A stretch of 63,279 nucleotides of DNA, the filler included, from Octopus bimaculoides (lineage: Eukaryota), in the NCBI RefSeq assembly GCF_001194135.2. It is 4 parts of 4 records of this genome, joined end to end, with 100 filler letters (N's around TTAATTAATTAA, not from the genome) between each part and the next. Parts side by side here need not be neighbours in the genome. Positions count along the whole stretch, not along the records: positions 20,630 to 44,974 come from NC_068981.1; 3 more parts are not named here. One strand, 5' to 3'. Both the position numbers and the translations under genes were made by a program. The notes under the pieces were generated by a model. That model searched no databases. It saw nothing but the letters and a program-made list of their open reading frames with translations, and was not told the origin of the DNA. Shown here in pieces: positions 23,600 through 34,438 of this stretch. Within the stretch, counting starts at the first letter, position 1. Each line of letters begins with the position of its first letter.

Positions 23600-25169
23600 A
23601 CATTAACAATTACCTACTTATTTTTCAAAGTAATCAAATAAGCTGGGCGAGGGTAAAAGACATACAACTCACTGTCTGTGATTCCTGATTATTTACATGG
23701 TGTATCTTCGAACTATATATACTGTATGTACCTATGTATGAATATATGTATGTATGTGTGTTTGAGAAGAAGCGCTACTGTTCATCAATGCTTTGATTCT
23801 TATGCAAAAACGCTTAAATTACTCAAGCTCCTCGGCTTGTGAATGTATGTGTGCGTAAATGTATGTGTGTGTGTGTGTGCGCGTATGTGTATGTGCATGT
23901 GTGTGTGCGTGTGTGTGAAAGCATGCATGTTTAGCTAGATGGATGAATGTGTAGATGGATGGACGGATGGATATTGGGAACACACACTCAGACACGCACA
24001 TGCATATATATGGATGAGTGTCCGAGTGTGTACGAACGTATTGTTGTGATTATGTTTTCGTGATTGTGTAAGTATGATAACAAACTGTATGTTAGCAGAT
24101 CCAATGAACTGCAATGCAGCTACAAATTCCTGTAGAATTGAACTCATGTCTGCAGGCAAACCTAACACTCGATACCTGTGCATTACAAATTATATTTTAC
24201 AATGATGAATAACTTCTTTTTGTTTTTTTGTTTTTTTAAAGCGTTGTACGGGAACATTCTATGCTTATAGATATAAGAAAATCGCGTCAATCTCAGTACT
24301 GACTGACCTTATTGTGATGTATGTTATTTCTATTATTAAAGCTGCTTTAATCGAATGTTTTATCAAAGGTATTCCAACCGTAACAATCCCATCTTTTGTT
24401 TTTGGATATTGTATTTTATACCATTACCTAATTTGGAGATTAGTGCATGATTTGAGGGAAATTGTGATGACTTTTCTACAAGTCAGATCAACCAAGTATG
24501 GGCTTCGGTGGTGGCTCCTGCAATTGCTCCATCGCTGGATTTCTCGAAAAGCTATGTTGTATCAAACAGGGCAGGATATTTTCGAGTCTAACGAGTATCA
24601 GTCGGTATGAATACCTGTTTGGCATATATAAACAATATTTAGCGTGCTTTCAAGGATTATCTCTTAAAAGCACGCTAAATCTCATTCTACGTTTGCTGGT
24701 ATTCTTCTTTTTTTCTTGTTATTGTTGCTTATGCCTTCTCAGTCGCAGTTTTGTTGTTGGTGATGTTGTTGCAGCTGTTGATATTGCCGTTGTTGTTGTC
24801 TTTGTTGTTTAAGTAACAGCTCGATTTTAATAGAACAGACATGTGATCAAAGAAGTCCAAGCCGAGACCAATCAATATATTATACTGTAAGACCGACCTA
24901 CAAATAGCGTACTGGTATTCTGACAATATCTGCGACAAATTGGTACCCATTGCAAAGATAATGGAACACGGAACCACATTGTTAAGCCTCTAAAATAAAA
25001 TTTTAAAAATCCTTGAAATAATTAACCGCTTTTTCATGGATAGTTCTCTCTATACGAAGAAAATGGATATTATGTTTCGTGAAAGAAATTGACTATGGTG
25101 GTGGCAGTGGGTATGATGTCGACGGCGTCGGGTGAAATGGCGATGATGAAGACGATTATGACGACAACA

Positions 25170-25209
25170 CTGATAAATATAATAATATTAATAATAATAA
25201 TAACAATAC

Positions 25210-25255
<46 letters not shown>

Positions 25256-25256
25256 T

Positions 25257-25340
<84 letters not shown>

Positions 25341-25355
25341 TTAATAATAATAATA
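25170..25355. repeat. (TAA)n microsatellite
   Basis: Direct reading. Confidence 0.98.
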
Positions 25356-25589
25356 ACACGATAATGTAGTTATCACTCCCTAGAGATAATAATGTATTCG
25401 AATCAACAGACGGTAATATATCTGTAAAAAGGAATAGAGAGATTATCGAAAACATAACAAATGAATAAATAAAAAAAAATAACGATCTGGAATTAAAGAT
25501 AACCAGAATGTGGGAAATGAAAACAAACAATCCCTATAATAATGCTTTAGGCGAATAAAGAAAATCATTATGTCTTGTGACTAAGTAAG

Positions 25590-25591
<2 letters not shown>

Positions 25592-25636
<45 letters not shown>

Positions 25637-25657
25637 GTCGTCATCATCATCATCATC

Positions 25658-25701
<44 letters not shown>

Positions 25702-25722
25702 AATCTTCATCACCCTCATCAC

Positions 25723-25765
<43 letters not shown>

Positions 25766-25775
25766 GTCAGCATCG

Positions 25776-25832
<57 letters not shown>

Positions 25833-25845
25833 CCACCACCACCAT
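25592..25845. repeat. (CAT)n microsatellite with CGT/CAC variants
   Basis: Direct reading; source of the poly-M and poly-D ORFs. Confidence 0.98.
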
Positions 25846-25999
25846 TACTATTATAATTTAACAGAAAAAAGCTATGTGAAACATAAGTATACATGGAATA
25901 TAAATGTTGTATAATAATATTATTATAATAAGTTAGTGCCCGTGATACAGGGCAACCTCCTTATAGGTCAAGGAAACCAATAGATCCAAAATTACCCGG

Positions 26000-27850
26000 A
26001 ACACCAAGAACAAGTATCCTCCCTAAATGTCGTTTTCCAAACTATAATCGTATAGTTAGAGTAGTTCCATCGACTCCTTCCATATTCGTGACTCTCACTC
26101 ATGTTTCAATAAATTTACTTGAGTACAGCACTTTCTTCTCCACCTGCACTTTCTTCTTCATATGAAGCATGAAAAAAAAATCTATGAGCTCTAGAGTATA
26201 AGCCAAATTTCTCTCCTCAATCTATTCAGACTAATCCTACACATAAAATCCTATAGCTAGAATTATCGGACAGAAGGAAACAGCTACTGCTTTCTTTGTC
26301 CGTTTAAATAAGGTCGACGAGGCACTTAATCATGACGATGGATTCGGCTAATGACCGTATTCTACTTATACGTGACAGCAGTTGTTAGACATATCTCCAT
26401 ATTTCAACAATACTCAGTCACCGAACAGGTGCATAGAAAAGGATTTCAGCTCGGAAAGGTTATTCTGGAGATACGTCGGTACCTATAAAATGTTGATTGA
26501 AGCGGTTGGATGCCTCCATAGTATGACCAGACCAAGGTTTTCATGAAATTAATCATATTAATCTCCGACCACATCAACCAGTTTGTTCTAGTCAAGGCCC
26601 ATAACTTTTCAAGGAACGTCATTGTACTTCCCCGCCTCTAAATCTCTACAGCTTGCTAAAGTAGATCTTCCAAATAATAACACTCGTTTCTATGTCCCAC
26701 AAGAGCGATATCATATGTAAAATATTGCAAAGCAAGTACAAAAATGAAATAATGGTGTGTGATTATGTAGACCTGTATACTAGAAAATATTTATGGAAGC
26801 AATAATATAAAAGATAAACATTCTATGGAGACAGCTACATTGAGTCACTCATTGACCTCTGTAAACTTCCGGTTTGTAACAACTTTTGTGGGAAGTGACC
26901 ACTCATGTCTGTATCATCCACATGCATGCTAAGACTAAAGCTAAGTACTCAATGGCTTTTGAGCAAAGTTGTTGGAATCTATCACCTCCTTCTTAAAATC
27001 TCCTTCTCCAAGTGGACTTGAAGAAGTTGATGAAATGATGGCCGAATAGAAACCAACCATCAAATTTTGCCAGTATTGTTCTCCTCAAATCTTTAACACC
27101 ATAGCCACTTTATCAAGAACTGCCAGCATTTTCCGGTTAAAGAAAGGCGGTGATGTGATTGCAATGATTGTATGGAGTGTATACATGAATCTGATCGACA
27201 TGCACAGCTGCTTCTGAACGCCGTAAGGCAGAAATACTCAACTAGTAAAGTATGCGTATAGTTTTGTCACATTGCGTGTATTTCGCATAGTTCAAACTCA
27301 CGTTACTCCCTTCTATGTAGAGTTTATCCCGATTCAGTTATGCTAATACAGCTATGAGATGTTGGGAAATTATTCACAATCTTCCAGACCTCTGGCGTAG
27401 GCTATTCGGTGAATAGATATCAACTACTTTTCCCCCAATAATGTTTTGCACACCAATATAATCTTTTATAGAATACTATAGGTGATATCTCTTCGCCATT
27501 AAACAACAGCTAGAGAACTGTGAGCGTATGCCATCCTATATGTCATCCTGTTAAGTGTCTTCGATCAAGCAAGGATTGCTTCAAGGTCAGCAACATAGAC
27601 TGTGAGAATACATGCCTGACTGACGAAGATTAAAGCTCTTAAACATCCATCAATCTCTTCAGACGCCCTAAGCTCAGTATATGCCTGCATATTATCAGCA
27701 ACAGCTCGTTCTAAATATGTTTTGGGTGTGCTGGTTGTAGACGTATCTCCTGATTAATGGAAGGCATCCGATTCACAACATGAGAAATATGTGAAGCTCC
27801 AACATCAGATAAAAACTGAGACAAAGAAAAACGACCAAATGGCTATAAAT
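26000..27850 (-). mobile_element. Highly decayed RTE-like LINE RT/C-terminal remnant
   Basis: Minus-strand traces: QACIL...LEAIL (QGCILSP-like, ~27570-27620), YA--TVLLA (YADD with deletion, ~27505-27530) and HRIAYAR (~27395-27415). Limits approximate. Confidence 0.4.
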
Positions 27851-27906
27851 TTAGAAAGTCTATCACAACCCATCATTCACTATCCATCTTACTCACAATG
27901 TAAAAC

Positions 27907-28101
27907 TACGAGGGTTTGCTGAAAAATTTCTCGCTTTAAGGGTATCACGAAAAGCTTCGTTGGAGCTTCGAACTTCAGAGATCTTTTACAGAGCTAATAA
28001 AAACTGAAATGACCACTGCAATAAGTGTGTGAATCTGAGAGGAGAATATGTTATATAAAATCATAATTAACCGATCTTTTTTTTCAGCACTTCCTCGCAT
28101 A
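27907..28101. mobile_element. Mariner-derived MITE, second copy (opposite orientation to 16968)
   Basis: TACGAGGGTTTGCTGAAAAA...TTTTCAGCACTTCCTCGCATA; interior matches the reverse complement of 17020-17160. Confidence 0.75.
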
Positions 28102-28888
28102 TTGTTAAAGCATTCTTAAACAGCAATTGATCACCTTCGATAGTTTCAAATATACTTTGAAAATTGTCCTGAAATAGTGTCGATTTCTTGACGTAGTAAA
28201 ATATATTCTTTGATATAAATCTGAAACCATACTTTATGACGATTCTGTTTAATTTTGATTACAATCATATTGATATAATATGATTTTAGTAATATCTATA
28301 AACATTTCCATAATTTTCAAGGTGAAGATGATGTTTTTTTTCGTTAGTAAGATGATGGTGATAATGATGGCGGTGGCGTCGTGGTTGTTGTTGGTGATGG
28401 TAGTGGCGGCGGCTGTGGTGGTGGTGGTGGTGGTGGTGGTGGTACTGATGGCGGTGGTGAAGTCAAAGATAATGACAGGCAGGTCACGACAAAGAAAAAG
28501 AAATCAAAGACTTGAAATAAAACAAATAATTATGAACAGGACAGGAGAGAAAAAAGACAAGCGATACTGAAAAGCGGCGGGTGGTGGTGGTAGTGGCTGA
28601 GAATGAGAAAGAAACAAGGTAGGATCGCCTATAAAATGAGGTGTGTACAAAATACAAACAAGCAGGAAGGGAAACAATATCAGCCGTCATATCAATTTTC
28701 TTCTTTTTTCTTTGTTTCGAGTATTCTTCGTTCGACTGCAGGTGTGTGCTGCTGATAAACAATTTTCGACTAGTTGTCAAAAATTATCATTTTCTTATAT
28801 TCTAATCTTCTCTATTATGGTTCTTCTCCTTCTTCTTCTTCGTCTTCTCGAACAACTTCATATTTTCACACACTAGACAATCACACAG

Positions 28889-28929
<41 letters not shown>

Positions 28930-29133
28930 CACACATGAATAGCTGTTTGTAAATATGTGCGTGTATGTCTGTGTAGGTGTGTCTATGTGTGTTCTCTGTA
29001 CGCACCTATATATACGTAAATAAATACACACACATATGTATAAACACATGCATTTGCATATACATATATATATATATCTACGTATATGTATATACATATA
29101 CGCGTAATCCCCTATATAAGTATGTATGTATAG

Positions 29134-29190
<57 letters not shown>

Positions 29191-29699
29191 NNNNNNNNNN
29201 NNNNNNNNNNNNNNNNNNNNNNNNNNNNNNNNNNNNNNNNNNNNNNNNNNNNNNNNNNNNNNNNNNNNNNNNNNNNNNNNNNNNNNNNNNNNNNNNNNNN
29301 NNNNNNNNNNNNNNNNNNNNNNNNNNNNNNNNNNNNNNNNNNNNNNNNNNNNNNNNNNNNNNNNNNNNNNNNNNNNNNNNNNNNNNNNNNNNNNNNNNNN
29401 NNNNNNNNNNNNNNNNNNNNNNNNNNNNNNNNNNNNNNNNNNNNNNNNNNNNNNNNNNNNNNNNNNNNNNNNNNNNNNNNNNNNNNNNNNNNNNNNNNNN
29501 NNNNNNNNNNNNNNNNNNNNNNNNNNNNNNNNNNNNNNNNNNNNNNNNNNNNNNNNNNNNNNNNNNNNNNNNNNNNNNNNNNNNNNNNNNNNNNNNNNNN
29601 NNNNNNNNNNNNNNNNNNNNNNNNNNNNNNNNNNNNNNNNNNNNNNNNNNNNNNNNNNNNNNNNNNNNNNNNNNNNNNNNNNNNNNNNNNNNNNNNNNN

Positions 29700-30290
29700 G
29701 AGCTGGGACCTATATACACTGGAAGCTATGCCAACACTATGGAATAACAACAGAAAAAAGATGGTATAAACACACGCCAGAAAAGGTCACAGAAAACGAG
29801 AAAGCAACCATACTCTGGGACATGCCAATACACACAGATAGAGAAATTAATGACAATAGACCAGATATAGTTGTCAAAGATCATGAAGAAAAAAAATGCT
29901 TTCTAATTGATGTATCAATACCAGCAGATGACAACGTTTCTCTAAAAGAAATGGAAAAACTTTCAAAATACAAAGACCTGGAAATAGAGATAACTCGAAT
30001 GTGGAATCTAAAAACAGAAACAATTCCTATCATAGTAGGTCCCTTAGGTATAATAAAAAAAAATATTCAGACAAATACATAACCAAAAATACCAGGACAT
30101 ACAAATATATATAACGTACAGAAAATTGCACTACTGGGTACTGCACACATTCTACGCAAAACACTTTCTATACAGTAAACATAAGAGCACCACAGAAAAC
30201 CACAGCACATACCCAAGGCGCACAGAGCTGCGCTTGGTAGTGAAGTGAAAGCACGTTATAAAAATAAAACTACTGAACAATAATAATAAT
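29700..30290 (+). mobile_element. R4/Dong-like LINE 3' end with well-preserved RLE domain
   Basis: WYKHTPEKV...ILWDMPIHTDREINDNRPDIVVKD...FLIDVSIP...EKLSKYKDLEIEITRMW...PIIVGPLG; then QKIALLGTAHILRKTL; 3' UTR ends in (TAA)n. Confidence 0.9.
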
Positions 30291-30314
30291 AATGATAAAT
30301 GACCTGATTCAGTA

Positions 30315-30902
30315 GAAGCACTGGCTCTGAATGTTCTGATGCTGTAATAGGCACTGGCTCTCAATGCCCTGATGGCACTGGCTCTCATGATTGCTGATCT
30401 TAACTGATTGGAAGTGTTATCATGTACATTGTTTTGTGTTGGTGTAAAAAATGGTGTACCGCATATATTCTGCTGAGCACCATAGATTACCTCGTCACTC
30501 GTTTGACCTTAACCAGTTGAGCATGTCCTTTGGTAGATGCCGATATGTGCGTTTCTGATCACGAGTAGTAGTAAGGGAACATCATATCGATGCGTTGAGA
30601 GGAATTCTTTGTAGTTTGAATAATTCACTTCTGGAAACATAATTGCTTCGTTCAACACCGTTAAACAACCCTTATTCAGGGAACATTGGAGTCGGATGGG
30701 CTAGTGGACCGGAAGAAAATTCTAACTAGGCCCCTCTTGCTAGGTCATGCGATGTTTATCTTCACATGGCAACGCAATATCGCGCACATATGGTTGTGAT
30801 GCATGTGCCTAGTGAACCCTTATCAGATGTGTAGTCATGATGGGTATACAGGGTATATTTTACCTCTGTGTCACTTTGATGGCTTGCAGTGCTCCCTCAT
30901 TC
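30315..30902 (+). mobile_element. Element F, copy 2
   Basis: Colinear with 2138-2665; 5' end has 3 x GCACTGGCTCT. Confidence 0.85.
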
Positions 30903-30938
<36 letters not shown>

Positions 30939-31004
30939 ATTTTATTATTATTACTATTATCATCATCATCATCATCATCATTATCATTGATGTTATCGTT
31001 GCTG

Positions 31005-31920
31005 TTTTACGAAACCGCACAGCTTAGTTTGCTGGGTATGATGGAATATATCAGCTGTCCCACAGCCAGCAGACTAAGGTGAAAATTGTTTTACAAATCA
31101 TACTTCAAGAAACCTGGGAAGAACTCTTGCAGCTCCAAGCAATGCTGATTTTTGTAGGTCTTCTACCTTCACACTTGCACCGTTTTTTTTTTCAGCCATG
31201 TTTGTAGCTGAGAGCTGCTGCTTCTAAGTGTACCAATTACAAGTAATGTCACGTCTACTCTCTTCATTGGCCACGACCTTCGCATATCCCACTTCAATTC
31301 GTCATTGTTTTTTTGTTTTTTTTTTCACATCGACCCTGTTGTCGCCGGGGCATGCTACGTTGATTATTATACATGCTCATTGCAGGCCGCGGTTTTAACA
31401 GAGCTCTCAATGGATCATTCTTGCTACATTGCCATGGCATCTTTTATGTTCACGTTGTGTCAATTTCGGGTATTCGCTAACGATGTGCCATCCCGTTTCA
31501 CTCCTCTCAGCACCTACTTTGCATTTCTCGCTACCGGTAGTGTTATCTATTCATATAGTTGGTCCTTCACGCTTGTTCCTGACCTGCGCATATAAGTGCT
31601 TCTATCTGTATCACCAGGTCACTCCTCCTCATCCATAGCCACCAGTCCTCTGCATCTGTTTTGTCGTTCACATCTCTTCCAAGCTTACCGTACATTCTCT
31701 TTTCCTTCCATGTTTTTTCTTTATTTTTTGATAATTCCTTGTTTAAATTTATCTTTAGTTACAGAATTTTCGCTGTTGATGACGCCAGCTTTCTCCGTGG
31801 GTTTCAACAGTGGCTCCACAGCATTTTTTATATAACACTCTCGGCTGTTTTCCTCTGCTTCGATAGTCCTGGCAACTGATTATAACTCTCACACCCTTTC
31901 TTCTAGATAAGTATAGATTA
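31005..31920 (-). mobile_element. Decayed R4/Dong-like LINE 3' part (third lineage)
   Basis: Minus strand: WKEKRMYG...EALICAGQEQA; degenerate CCHC (CKVG...HIVSEY); ...VKVEDLQKSALLGAARVL. Confidence 0.8.
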
Positions 31921-32034
31921 TCAGTCTAACTCTTAGGGAGGAAGGCCCCATGTACTGTCAACATTTATCGGGTCTTGGTACCTATCTATATTCTTCACTT
32001 CTCTCTTTTGCCATTTTGTAATTGCCGCTACATA

Positions 32035-32076
<42 letters not shown>

Positions 32077-32977
32077 TATCATCATCATTTTTATTGTTGC
32101 TACTTGTCTTTTTGGTGGCAAAGCACCCGTCAAAATTGACGGTGTTTACTTCAGGTTCATTTCAATAATTCTTATTCTTACTGCATCAAACTTTATTCAG
32201 TTTTCTTCCTACATAACCTTTTGTCTTCTTTTACTACTTCTTGTCCGTTCGTTCTTCACTCAGTCGCCTTCGTTATCCGCATTACCTCACTCACGTAACA
32301 CGTTATTCTACCAGGTTTCTACTTTGCTCTCCATTACGTTATCAATTTCTGTACATTTGCATTACTTACTGTACAGCTTATGTTTATTATAGTACATCTT
32401 AAATACCGTCCATTGTAGGACTTTATGTTTCTTCTTTCCACCTCCCTTTTCTCGCGCGCCATTTTCTCACTCTCTTTCTCGTCTCTCTTCTCATATTTCA
32501 TTGTTTGCTCACCTTATCGTTCTGTGACCGTAACCCTTTTCGCCTTCTTCTCTGTCCCTCTCTGCCCCCAACTTCATTCAAACCTATCAATTTCCACGTA
32601 ACTATTTGTTTTTCTACGTCTGTTTAACATATTAGTCTTCTTTTCTCTAACTTTCTTAGCGCAACAAGGGCTTTCATTTATCCAGCGTGACAGAGAAGAT
32701 CATAGAACAAAACGAGATGCAGGAATTAGCATTTTCTATTCACGGATTGACAGAATCGTAAAGAAATCGAAAAAGATATCTACCTCGCGATGTTGCTTTC
32801 GACTCATTACAATTTCTGTTCAAATACAAGTTCTAAAGTCAACTTTACATTTTATCCTTTTGGGGTCGATATGATATTGTGTCGGTGAAGCACTGGGGTT
32901 TATGCTATCGAGTAAAGCTGTACAAACACAATTTTGTTGCCTATATTATTTTTATTGTTGTTGTTGTTTTTGTTATT

Positions 32978-33014
<37 letters not shown>

Positions 33015-33052
33015 GAGTCAAAATTAAAAGAAGAGTGCCATTTGTTATCTAG

Positions 33053-33093
33053 TGAACGATATTTCGACATCTCGTGTGTCTTCAACTGGTTCA
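33053..33093 (-). ncRNA. Minimal type-I hammerhead-like motif (core CAGUUGA)
   Basis: Reverse complement of 33510-33550. Confidence 0.55.
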
Positions 33094-33204
33094 AAAAATA
33101 AATTTGTCAATCTACTTCATTTTGGTTAATATAGAAAGGATTGAGGTAATTCCTCCTGAAGATATAGAGTCAAAATTAAAAGAAGAGTGCCATTTGTTAT
33201 CTAG

Positions 33205-33245
33205 TGATCGATATTTCGACATCTCGTGTGTCTTCAACTGGTTCA
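33205..33245 (-). ncRNA. Minimal type-I hammerhead-like motif (one stem I mismatch)
   Basis: As above, with TGATC instead of TGAAC. Confidence 0.5.
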
Positions 33246-33353
33246 AAAAATAAATTTGTCAATCTACTTCATTTTGGTTAATATAGAAAGGNNNNNNNNN
33301 NTAATAATAATAATAGAGTCAAAATTAAAAGAAGAGTGCCATTTGTTATCTAG

Positions 33354-33394
33354 TGAACGATATTTCGACATCTCGTGTGTCTTCAACTGGTTCA
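33354..33394 (-). ncRNA. Minimal type-I hammerhead-like motif
   Basis: As above; this copy may duplicate 33053 across the 10-N gap. Confidence 0.45.
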
Positions 33395-33509
33395 AAAAAT
33401 AAATTTGTCAATCTACTCTTCTTTTAATTTTGACTCTATATCTTCAGGAGGAGTTACCTCAATCCTTTCTATATTAACCAAAATGAAGTAGATTGACAAA
33501 TTTATTTTT

Positions 33510-33550
33510 TGAACCAGTTGAAGACACACGAGATGTCGAAATATCGTTCA
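33510..33550 (+). ncRNA. Minimal type-I hammerhead-like motif (core CAGUUGA, AUC site)
   Basis: UGAAC-CAGUUGA-A-GACA(CACGAGA)UGUC-GAAA-UA-UC-GUUCA: stem I 5 bp, stem II 4 bp, palindromic AUAU stem III. Confidence 0.55.
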
Positions 33551-33805
33551 CTAGATAACAAATGGCACACTTCTTTTAATTTTGACTCTATATCTTCAGG
33601 AGGAGTTACCTCAATCCTTTCTATATTAATAATAATAATAATAATGATAATAATAATAATAATATTTTCCAATTGATTTGGATTCTATTACATATTCCGA
33701 CAGGGTCTCAACTAGGAGACCTAGGACACGTATATATTTGACGGAGAGAAACTTCGTGAGAATATCGCCGGTTGATTTCCAAGGGACCTTGTCAAAAATG
33801 TTTGC

Positions 33806-33843
<38 letters not shown>

Positions 33844-33844
<1 letters not shown>

Positions 33845-34356
33845 GTGAAAGAGCAGTGCATGCCACCAAAGTGACACCGGGGTAAAATATACGAAGCCCA
33901 GTATACTCATCATGATCTGATATGGGTACACAAAGCGGCACATGCATCACAGCCATAAGTGCACGACATGGTGATCTCATATCAAGATAGCAGGTAGGGC
34001 CAAGCAGAACCTTCTTCAGGCCGAGTAGCCCATCGTGCTAAAAATGTCCCGGGATAGGGTTGGTCAAAGGATGATGAGCAAAAACCGATGTTTCCAGGAA
34101 TGAATTATTCAAACCGAAAAGAATTCCTCTCAACACATATTTATGATGCTCCCCGATGACTCCTGCCCGTGATCAGAGATGCACATAGCTTTAACCACCA
34201 AGGGACAAACTCAACCGGTTAGAGTCAAAGAAGTGACAAGTAAATCTGTGGTATTGAGCAGATTTTGGTTATAACCCATCGTTGAAACCAAGACAAAACA
34301 TATATATTATAACACTTCTAAGCAGTAAAGATCAGAAGCCATGAGAGTTAGTACCT

Positions 34357-34357
<1 letters not shown>
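33844..34357 (-). mobile_element. Element F, copy 3
   Basis: Reverse complement is colinear with 2138-2665; (TAA)n on both sides. Confidence 0.85.

Positions 34358-34436
<79 letters not shown>

Positions 34437-34438
<2 letters not shown>

Larger units (their letters stand above)
33013..33629. repeat. 152-bp tandem array with fold-back inversion, one hammerhead motif per unit
   Basis: Units start at 33013, 33165 and 33314; inverted arm 33415-33629 also has period 152; flanked by (TAA)n on both sides. Confidence 0.9.

Noticed and set aside
27620-27655. CTGACGA-A...TAAAC hammerhead-like text
   Set aside because: G12 is absent, stems are weak, and it lies within a decayed RT remnant.
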